A stretch of 59,251 nt of DNA, the filler included, from Sphacelaria rigidula (taxonomy: Eukaryota), in the NCBI GenBank assembly GCA_964200075.2. It is 8 parts of 8 records of this genome, joined end to end, with 100 filler letters (N's around TTAATTAATTAA, not from the genome) between each part and the next. Parts side by side here need not be neighbours in the genome. Positions count along the whole stretch, not along the records: positions 1 to 7,320 come from CAXNAA020015463.1; positions 7,421 to 14,740 come from CAXNAA020015464.1; 6 more parts are not named here. One strand, given 5' to 3'. Position 1 is the stretch's first letter. The number at the start of each line of letters is the position of its first letter. A program made the translations under genes and the position numbers. Below, piece after piece: positions 1 to 10,148 of the stretch. Under the pieces are notes generated by a model that saw only the letters and a list, made by a program, of their open reading frames with translations, did not search any database and was not told the origin of the DNA.

Positions 1-142
1 AGCGCCTTGTCTATCTATGTCTGTAGTCCTTCTGGTGTCCCTGAGATCCCCACAAAATCATCTGCGAGAGTTTTCGAGGGGGGGGACACCCAGCCTGCTG
101 TCCCCTAGTTTATTGCCGAGGCGTTGGTGGATGGGGTCAGCT

Positions 143-360
143 GCCGTGTACAGAGATCATTGGCATGGAGACCGCTGAGATGACGGACACACCGCCCCTC
201 CAACCTCATCACTTGCCATGATTAAATTTATGGGGTCATGTTCCGTATCGTGCCTCGACTACCTACCACTAGAAGTCAGGGCAAATTTGGCGAGGCGTCA
301 AATAATGTTGCTACTTTGCCTACAGGTTGTCGCTACCGTGCGCTCGTGTATTGTACATAC
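143..360 (+). repeat. Dispersed repeat; second copy at about 51975-52195
   Basis: GCCGTGTACAGAGATC.TTGGCATGGAGACCGCT.AGATGACGGACA... through GTCGCTACCGTGCGCTCG aligns by eye between two unrelated contigs. Confidence 0.9.
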
Positions 361-619
361 AGTAGTGGGCGGTCTAACTAATCGTTTTGTGGCATTTTGT
401 GATTTTTTCGTAGTTGGCAATATTCTTGAGCTCTTTTCGCTTGCCACCGCTCATCACAGTTGGGAACTGACGATATTTTTATCCGCTCCACATTTCAACA
501 ACAACAAAAAAATCTGTACTCAATTTCGAGTGACTTACGGGGTGACCGGTCATCGGGGGTTCTGCGACGTTTCAGCCCAGATTCTTACTCTTTGGCATTT
601 TCGGTCAATCGAGCCTGTC

Positions 620-860
620 CCGATCATATTTGTGAAGAAATGCACAGTTTCATTTTTTTTTCAAGTCTACCTACTCATTGCACTAGAGCCGCGAAACTGT
701 GTTTCACGGTCAATAACACCCTCCTGATAAACGGAGAATTTACTCGTATCGCTCAATAACACCAACTAACACTGACTTGAACAATGTGTTTCGAGGATGA
801 TCTATTTATTGTACCTAAATCTACCGACGCCAGCAATTTGGAGTTCTATCGAAGAGTAGT
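620..860 (-). mobile_element. Gypsy LTR-related fragment, homologous to 44150-44390
   Basis: The reverse complement of about 705-767 (AGTTGGTGTTATTGAGCGATACG...ATCAGGAGGGTGTTATTGACCG) matches 44219-44280. Weaker similarity extends on both sides. Confidence 0.7.
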
Positions 861-1749
861 ACGCAAGGAAGACCCTCAAACACAATGAGGGTTTCAGTCT
901 ATCAACACAATGAGGGCGTGTCTTCGCACTTTTTTCTCGATGGAAAAAGTTCGGTCGAATTTGTTCTTGCCAATCTGATGAGTCCACCGCATTTATGTTC
1001 CAGAAGTTTTCAACTCAAAATGATAATTAGCGGCGCGCGGACAAGAATTACTCGGGGTAACGATCGAAAACATGAGGTCGAAAGGCACGAAGCGGCACTT
1101 GACTCCTATCTTACAGACCACCTTGCAAGATAACACCTGTTTACAGGATCATGCAAACTCCATCCAACTCGTCCTCAGCCAGCTACCACCACAACCCTGC
1201 AGCAGAGAGCACGAGTTAGGCAAAGGGATAGACATACTGCTGCAGTAGTCGGGTGTGCTTTGTTATTTTTTGTTGGCGAAAACTTGCGCATCTTCTCTCA
1301 TGGTAGCAGGGATCAGCGACGGAACTGCGTGATTTGGTGTACGTCATACACATTGGTCGAATGAAGAGAGAAAAAGCCCGCGAGTCATCGCTTTGTCCGC
1401 GACGATCGAGCAGGTATATATTGCCCTCCGCGAAAGTGAACAGACGTAGCAGGCAGTACAAAGCTGCACGTTGCTGACGTCTTTTTCACGTCGCATTGTA
1501 AGAAGAGAGAATTGATAGTCCTGGGCTCTCTGCACTGCACGTTACCCGCTTCTTCTCCATGTCTTCCTGCACGAAACACGCAAACACGCACTCAAGACAC
1601 CAAGCTTGCAAGCAGTGCAGACAGTACAGACTGTATGTACTACTGTACACGAGTGACCATGTACCGTTTCACGAATTTCACCGTCTTTTTTCGATCGAAA
1701 GCTTGAAAATGCATCCAAGACAATGATATGGTACGACCGGAGTGGAGTT

Positions 1750-2090
1750 TGTGGTGTTGACAGATAATGTGGCCTAGCTAGCTACGTACCTAGCCATATA
1801 TTACGCTCGGGTGCGGTAGTCGTTGGTGCACGTGCATGTAATTATTCTCGTGTTCGGGGAGAAACCCCTGAGCCCTCCAAAGCCATGCTTGCGGACTTAC
1901 CCTGCTGTAAGGTCTTGTTTCGAAAATGCGTAAGGTAGAAATCCTCGAGCCCTCCAACCCCATGGTTGCAGACTTACTGAACTTTGCGGTCTTGAATCGA
2001 AAACCAATTGTACAGTCTGTGGTGCTGCAAGATAATGTCGCCTTGCTAGTACCTACTCAGCCATATATTCCACAGAGGGGTGGTTCTTGT
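1750..2090 (+). repeat. Local degenerate direct duplications
   Basis: GAGCCCTCCAA..CCATG.TTGC.GACTTAC occurs at about 1870 and 1947. AGATAATGT.GCCT.GCTAG...CCTA...GCCATATATT occurs at about 1762 and 2030. Confidence 0.7.
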
Positions 2091-2949
2091 CTGAAACGAT
2101 TGTCCATCACTGTAGCTTCCACATCATTAGGCCTTTTTTTACAACGAGTGACTGTTTTTTGCGGCACAACATTCCTGTGCCGCCATACTGCTGTGCCTTG
2201 TTCAACTCGCCAACCGCCCATTGCACGGTTTTGTGTTTGATGCTGACTATGGCCAAGGCAATGTCCAATTGTTTGTAACTGCTTTGCTCTCATGTTCTCG
2301 TGACATTGGCGGCATAACCGGTCTGTTCGTGCTCCCAAATGAACGAGAACGCGACCACGAAAAACACGGGGAAAAAATACCCCGCAACAAGTAGGTATGT
2401 TTCATCATCTTCCACAGGCTTTTGTGGTTCGGGTTCCTGTTTCAAGTTTTTCATCATCTTGAAAATACTTTTGTGGTTCGGGATCGACACCGCGCGAAAA
2501 AGAGCCACTGAGCGACTTGCGGTGGCCAGAACACGCACCACAGGTATCAGATGACACCCAAACCTGAACGGTGATGTACCGCTGAGCCTTCTCGGTGAAC
2601 TGCAAAAGAAAGCGCGGGGAACAATGCCTTGCCGCCAGATAAAAGTCGGCGAAAGTGGTGAAAAATGTGAAATGATACATGTACATATATCTTCGTCTTC
2701 CCTCCCCGGGCTGCCTCAGCAGCCTGGTCCGGCGAGAACCCGGCGTGCCCCGTCCCGGCTTTGTACGGGCGGACCCCGATGAGGTTGGCGTCGCTTGGCG
2801 ATGACACCATGAAACGCGCCACTCACTGCGTAACCCAGACAACCAGGTTACCGTTCCTTCGCGCGCTTGCGTTTTTTGTTGCGGTTACCATATTGGTACT
2901 CGAGTTAGATTATGTTGTGCGGCGTGGGAGAACCACAACTCCGCAAAAT

Positions 2950-5900
2950 GGGGATGATCGTACTACATAGTGTGTAAATGGTGAAACACCCATGAGGCAG
3001 TGTATAAGCCGTGGCTATCTCTGTAAGTGGCAATACCGGAGAATAAAGCAACTCATTGTAGGCTGTCATCCAAGTGAAAGATAATCAGTAGGCTTCGGGT
3101 CGAACAATCTTAGTAGGATGCAGCTCACCCTTCATGCGACGAGTCGAACACACCACGGCGCTTCGCGCTTGGTGACTGAGTGCGAGCCTGGTCCAGCGAA
3201 AACCCGGCGTGCTCTGTCCCGGCTTTGTGGAGATGCGAGGTCGATGGACTGATTATGGCATGCACGATCATGAGTACACCCCCCGAGCTGCCTTTCGGCC
3301 TGAGGTGGGTGTGTAAACTACGACCCTGCACGCACACATCTAAAGTGTAGAGAAAAGGCATCACCGTCGACAGTAGCAACAGCAGCAACAGCAGTAATGG
3401 GGGAGCAATCGTCTTGCTTCTTCACCTGCTGCTCAAGTTCGACGATGATGACGATACTAAATCCTGATGCGGCGGAATTTTGCCCGACGGAGTTTTTCCC
3501 ACCAGCAAAATTTGCCGCGGCTGCACAGCCCGCGGCAGCGGCACCAGGTAACCGTCGCCGAAAGCGTGGGATACGTAGCAAGGGGAGTAGAGCTACCAGA
3601 TATATACACGTGTGTAAGCACAAGAAACTATGCGGTGGTGGAACCGGTCGAGGCATGTCGGGACTACTGCGCCCGAAACCATGTCTGATGACAAGCACGC
3701 ACGGAGCAATGTCAAAATTCAGAACACAAATATATACTTGTATGTAAAACGACAGAGGAGAAGAAAAAACACGTCGCTCGAAAAAAGAGGCGCAGGTGAC
3801 GAGCAGATCGCAGGGCTGCCGACGAGAGAAAAAAGACTGCGAGGACGAGGGCCAGGGTCGGCGAGCTTACTGCCAGCACCTACAATGTTCGCACGCTCGT
3901 TTTCAAAGTGCGAACGGCATTGGCCACAGCGAGATCGTCCTGAAACCTTGTGAGAATCTGGGCTGCTATATCGTAGGTTTACAAGAAACTAGAAGAGATG
4001 GCCCATCGATGTTTAGTGCGGCGGTATATACGATATTGTGTTCTGGTGACAGAAGCGGGGCTAAGGGGAGGGCAGGACAGCATGGGGTAGGGATCGCTAT
4101 CAAGGAGTCGATCCTGGAGGAGGTTGGAAGAAACGGTGCTAAAGTCGAGTACCTCGGTGCTCGACTTATGAGGGTGAAACTTCAACTACACGGCAAATCC
4201 AACGCAGTATCATTTGTATTTGGATATGCCCCGACGGAGACCACTCCGCTCCGCGACAACAACAGGTTTTGGGATGACGTATCAGATACTATCTGATAAG
4301 TACCTGGCAGGGAACATCTATTCGTCATGATGGATTCCAACGCCCGCACTGGAAAACGAAAGGAGGGGGGTGGAGAGAACGATGGCAAGGTACTTGGCGA
4401 ATACGGGCGAGACATACTGAACAAAAACGGTGAGAGGCTACTGCCCTTCGCCGAGGAACAACGCCTTACCGCGCTCAATACGTTCTTCGGAACACCCTCG
4501 CGGGGCATCTCGTACACTTTCCAAGGATCCAACGCTGGGAAGGGACGCTATTGCCTTGACTACATTCTCACTACACAGACGGACCGAAAATTCGTACGCA
4601 AAATCTTCGTCCGCCGCCCAACACCCGGAAAACGCGAGTCTGATCATAACCTCATATTTGCAAAGGTCCGGCTTCGTGGTCGCTTCGTGCCTAGTTGCAA
4701 GATGCGGAAACATATACCTAGCCGCAGAACCGCCGACCTTGAAAGGCTGATATCTGACCCAGAGTTAAGAGCAATGTCGTTGCAAACGACCTTCCCTCTC
4801 GACCCGTTGCCCATAGACGCCACCGCCGCCGCTGACATGGCTGCAGGCCTCACCAAGATGCTGATATCCGCCGTAGCAGACACCGCACCCCACGAGAGAA
4901 ACCAACGAGATTCCCACGGCTGGTGCGCGAGTGCCGAGGCAAGACAAAGATCCACACTGCATGGATGGCGAGGGAAACAGCACGGAGGGCATCGATGTCA
5001 ACGCCCACTGATACCAACCTCAAGGAGACTCGAAGAAGACCAACAACGTGCTCGGTCGCGTTAGAGCACATGCGGTGTAGAGATTCTTCGAGACATACAT
5101 CAGCCGACTTGAAGAGCGCATCGCGGAAGGTGACCAACGCGGTTTCTACAGGCACGTGAAGGGAATCGATGTCGAAGGGAGAAAACCATGTAGCTCACAA
5201 TAGCAATATATCCGCGATAACAAGGGTCACCTGCTCAGAGACGTGAAGCTCATCCGCGCGCGGTGGGTACAGTAGTCTCACACCCTCCTCAACACCAAGT
5301 TGCCCCATCTCAACCCAGCAACCATCGACCGACGCCAGGCGCGACTTCAGAGCATGTCGCTGGAAGTGGCGCCTACGATAGACAAGACAGCGGATGCCAT
5401 ACGATCTATGTTCAACGGAAAAGCCATTGGCCCAGATGAACTGCCGGCTCAACTGTTGAAGATACTCCTCGACGGCGACGACACTAGCGGACTACAGAGA
5501 TTCCACGATATCATTGTTGACATCTGGGACGAAGCAGCGGTACCACAAGAATGAAGTGATACCATCATCATAGTTCTCCACAAAAGGGACTATCGGACAG
5601 AATGCGGGAACTATAAGAGTTTAACTCGTGTCACACGCCGGTGAAGTGTTTAAGATAATCGCCCCTCGCCTGGGCACCTACTGCGACGGCAATGGAATTC
5701 TGCCTGAAGAGCAGTGCTGCTTTCGCCCCGGACGCTCAGCCGTCGACATGATGTTCACTGTCCAACGACTCCAGCAACTTGGCGGGGGACGACAGATTCC
5801 GTTCTGCATGTGTTTCGTCGACCTCACGAAAGCAGACGATTCTGTCGACTGCCCATTGCTGCGGAAAGTTCTGGAACGATATGGCGTCCCACCCACCATG

Positions 5901-7320
5901 CTCTCGATCATCCGCCAATTATGCGATGGTATGCAAGCTCGGGTGCGCACCGACGACGCGGAATACTCGGAATGGTTCGACATCGGACAGGGCCTCCGAC
6001 AAGGATGCGTCCTGGCACCACTGCTGTTCAACATTTTCTTCACAGCAGTGCTCACGGGTGGCCCTGGCAACCTTCGGCGATGACCCTGACATCTCGGGGG
6101 ACCTGGTGCGAGTCCGAAAGCGCGAAAAGGAAGATTTCCAACAGGAGTGTGCGGTAGCATCGGACGAGCCAGACGTGGCCACAGCAATAACGGCGGAAGA
6201 GGAACAGTCCTTGTGGAGAGTGCTGTACGCCGATGACGCCTGCATCGTCTCGCGGATATCATCAAAGTTCGAGAAAATGATGACGGTGATTGTGACGGTC
6301 TGCGGAGAGTTCGGGTTGTCCGTGTCGGAAGTAAATACGAAGACCATGCGACTGCACTCACAGGCGGGGCACTTCGACATCAACGCGGCTGGCCAGGTAA
6401 ACAAAAAAACAAACAACTTCGTGTACATGGGGAGTCGATCACGGAGAACGGCGATCTCTCCGTGGAAATCAAGACGCGCGTACAACGGGAATGGGCGAAG
6501 TACCACCAGTACAAAGTCAAGCTCTACAATCGACCGAGCGCGGCCGTCCACTTCAAGGTCCACATGATCAAAGCCGAGGCTGTCGAGGCGCCACTGTACG
6601 GGTGCGTCACATGGGCCTCCCACAAAGCCCAATACAATCTACTCCGCACGGCCCACCATGCGTTGCTCAGGCGCTGCCTTGAATGGCACAAGCGCTATCG
6701 CACAGACCACGTTCTGTCATACCGAGAGACCTTCGCGGGGACAGGATGCGAAAGCATCAAGACGACGGTGAGGAAGAGGAGATTCCATTTCGCCGATTTC
6801 GTCACGCGCATGTCACCCGGACGGATACCGAAACACATCATGTTTCGTGAAACAATAGCCGTGAAGGGGCAAGAAGGAGAGTTTAACGGCAGGCACAAGG
6901 ACTGGACCCGCTGTCTAGCGGAAGACATGAAGTCGTTCGGTATCGAATGGCAGGGATGGACTACCAGAGCCTTGGGTGCAGTAAGGTGGCACAGCTGTGT
7001 TGGACAGGCGGCATAAAGGGTTATGGCAGGCTGGTGCCGATGATGCACAGACAGCGATACGGCACGCGAAAGCTGCAGGTCAAGATGCACCGACAGCGCC
7101 TGGGACCGACAGTACCAACACCAACTCGTCATAGCCTACGTCAGATACGTGACGCATTGTGTTTGGTTCCTGTCTCTGAGTTGCTCACCTCTTGTTCCTG
7201 ATGGCTTCTTGTCTGTTTGTTTTTTTCGGTCTGTGTTTTCCCTCCCCCCCCCCCCCCCCCCCCCCGCGCGCGCGCCCTGTTGTTGTTTTGTTGTCTTTTT
7301 TTTTCTTTTTTTTTTTTTTT
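2950..7320 (+). mobile_element. RTE-clade non-LTR retrotransposon (LINE), degenerate, with long 5' leader
   Basis: Single APE-RT ORF remnant. APE motifs TYNVRTL (about 3878), LQETRR, YAPT, DSNART, LDYIL and SDHNL; RT motifs GLRQGCVLAPLLFN and YADD (6226-6237); RTE-like C-terminus LYGCVTW...HHALLRRCL. The 5' boundary is approximate. Confidence 0.93.
3876..7016 (+). pseudogene. APE endonuclease-reverse transcriptase ORF of RTE LINE, disrupted
   Basis: Split across ORFs 3796-4296, 4327-5064, 5300-5554, 5628-6083, 5779-6567 and 6462-7016 by stops and frameshifts. Confidence 0.93.
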
Positions 7321-7420
7321 NNNNNNNNNNNNNNNNNNNNNNNNNNNNNNNNNNNNNNNNNNNNTTAATTAATTAANNNNNNNNNNNNNNNNNNNNNNNN
7401 NNNNNNNNNNNNNNNNNNNN
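7321..7420. other. Artificial contig spacer (N44-TTAATTAATTAA-N44); identical spacers at 14741-14840, 22160-22259, 29579-29678, 36998-37097, 44416-44515 and 51834-51933
   Basis: Seven identical 100-bp spacers with a six-frame stop linker. Contig lengths never increase along the window (7320 down to 7318). Confidence 0.98.
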
Positions 7421-9110
7421 GGGAGAGATGGGTTGATCCCTTGAGACCATGGACTCTTCCCGAGGAAGGGGAGGGGTTCAAAATGTGAGGGATATATATA
7501 TATATATATATATATATGCATTCGTCCTCAAACAACTGAGGTGTTCATCCCTGAGACAAGGTCAGCATAGTAAAGCCGCCGACGCCTACCTCTGCAGTCA
7601 CCGCCAAGAGTACACGGGTGGCCACTGGGGTGCCTGTTACCTCGAATACAGACGTTTCAGACGTTGCATAAGGTCTGTAATGTCCAAATTTGAGGTCACA
7701 GGCACCCCAGTGGCCACCCGTGTAGTATAACGGTCTTTACGACTGCCATATTCTTCAAGAAGACATTGTTGCTCCAGATTCATGGAGTCTTGTGGTGGGT
7801 TTGGTCTGGCAATTAGGATGTTAAATAGAAGGGCACTCGGTACATCGACTACAGCAGAAGACATGCAAGGGGGCAGTGGGGAAACGCAGTTGTGAATGGT
7901 GCTCGAAATTTTTTCCACAGCTATGCAGAAGAGCAAACAAAACTGAGCAGCTGGCCACCTCAAGCCTTCCAGATCTACAAGAAGATGTATTCTGCGCGCT
8001 ACGTTTCTTCACCGCGGTCATTCCGTCAAACTGCGATGATTCCATGGATCTATAGATTGTCCACTGCCCCGGCGAGCAAGTGTGGCATCGCTTATGAGAG
8101 TCATCGTGATAATTTATAAAATGTTGAGCGCACACACCAGATGCTTGGCATGTGCTTGCAACATCGCCAGCAGCTGAACGGCACCGATCATTCCAGGTAG
8201 AGACACTTACTCACTACTGCACAATTCAATAATCTAACTCGCCCATGTCCTACCGCAAAGTACTACGAAATTATCCCCTAGTGTTAACAGGTGGTGAGAC
8301 CGGGTCCACCACATGCGACGGATAGCTCCGTTGGTTATCATACGCCTACACTTGAACGTGCACTGTATACTGCGTTCTTGACCCGACACTTCCATTGCGT
8401 TCCCTCAGGCAATCTGCGTGTCGTGATGACTACGAACACCCTGTGAGAACTGGAGCGGTCTGCGAAACCATGTAATCTAGATGCATCGAGCACTGCGTAG
8501 TTTGTAGATTCCCTGTTACGGCAACCACCACATGTTAGTATACTCCTTGGGTCAAAAACACTACTCTTAGCCGCAGACGGCTACCTCCACCGAAGCCAGA
8601 TGATTTCGAGCCTACGTCAACACGCATCTCTAAAATATGATAATGCGAGTCCGATATACGATTTCTTCAGATTGGAGCATATAGAACACTACTTCGACAT
8701 CGGCACACAACGAAATGGTACATCTCCTACACTTCTGTTGAAAAACATCCACAAGTGCACTACTCCGTACGGTGTAGCCGATCCGGTTGAATCATCAGTG
8801 AGCGGTATATCATCCACACAACTCATGCCCGCTAATCTTCATCTCTGTAGCGTTCCCACCATTCATACCGATGCAGATTAGATGCAGAACGTCTGTCACC
8901 CCCCCCCCCCCTCCCCGCAAGCCGCCCGTTTTTCTTGAGAAGCGGATGAAGATATAGCTCCGGTCCTAGTTCAAACTGTGCGAGACAAGCGAAAATACAG
9001 TGAGCGGATGTACAAGGTCGCATCATATGCGGGAGGTGGTATGGTCGATATTCTGTGATGGGTACTATATCTATCCAGCGCCGGTGTGCCCCCTGCAGCT
9101 AGTATTAGGC

Positions 9111-9319
9111 TGTAATGCGTGGGAGGACCGCGTGTTTATGAGTCGCATTGGAATTTGAAGACTCCAGGATCGATGTTTTCAAGATCGTCGGATAATCCCT
9201 GCAAGGACCGCACCCCTAAACCTAAGCCGAACACTTACCCTAACCTTAACGCTAACTATAGTAGGGGTATTGAAACTCCGATACGGTTCAAAAAGAACGC
9301 GGTCCCACCACGCATAAGA
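9111..9319 (-). mobile_element. MITE family A (TGTAATGCG TIRs) with internal CCCTAA-like tract, diverged copy
   Basis: Left end TGTAATGCGTGGGAGGACCGCGTG, right end ACGCGGTCCCACCACGCATAAGA. The interior is in opposite orientation to the copies at 13159 and 13987. Confidence 0.8.
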
Positions 9320-9559
9320 AGACACTCTCACATGAGTGTCGAGTAAAACGTTGAAGTACGATGGCTCATGGAGGAGACAAGCTGTTCGCCCTGTCCCCTT
9401 TTCCTTCACGTGTCCCACGCGGGTTTGCCACTCTGTCTGCCTCTCTCTTTTGTTGTTTCTGTGGTTAACCTATTCTATTTCTCATGCATGTAACGAGAGT
9501 TGCTCGATGTGACGTACGACGTGCGGAGCTGTTTCCTCGGGAGCCTTGGATTATCGCAT

Positions 9560-9785
9560 AGCATCTAGGATACCATATCTATCTGGGATATCCGCCTGGG
9601 ATATTGCATCCATCTTAAACGTTCGTCTGGGATATCAGCATCGATCTGGGATGCCCATTTAGGATGTCTGACCCATGTGGGATGTTCACCCGGGATATGG
9701 ATTCCCATCTGGAATATGGATGTCCATATCGGGTACTAATCTGATATGTTCACTTGCCAGATGGACGTCCACACCCCAGATGAAA
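9560..9785. repeat. Degenerate minisatellite (CATCTGGGATAT motif)
   Basis: Repeated variants of ATCTGGGATAT / CTGGGATG / CCCATCTGG. Confidence 0.75.
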
Positions 9786-10148
9786 ATTGCGAGATGAGGC
9801 ACGAACGTGCTTCCTTCGCGTCGTGACAAGTACTCAGCGCCCAATTCGAAGATTTACTCGCGGTGTAAATAGGAGCCAACTTGGGTAGGAAGCCAGTAAT
9901 ATTCATCTATCCCCTTTCTCGTGCTGAGTACTCCAATGGGTAAAATCGACGTAATCCCCGAATTAGAACTACCCGGGCGCTACTTAAATGCAACAAAATA
10001 GGCTAGCATCAGCTCTACTGGCGTGCGCACCGTTACAACTAGGACTTCATTTCACCGACAAATGCTCTCCTGCGTAATGTATCGCACGAATATGGGGCGT
10101 GGGGTTAGCCTCCCGAATGTTAACCACGACACCGCAAAATAGTCTCAC

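Noticed and set aside
2057-2640. Possible hAT transposase relic (ATVMDNRF)
   Set aside because: Motifs are weak and in the wrong order.
5678-6632. Long antisense ORFs over the LINE RT
   Set aside because: These are shadow ORFs from GC-rich codon usage on the opposite strand.
7690-8200. Possible decayed MULE transposase (CxxH in CAQHF)
   Set aside because: Only one short motif, with no recognisable DDE core or TIRs.
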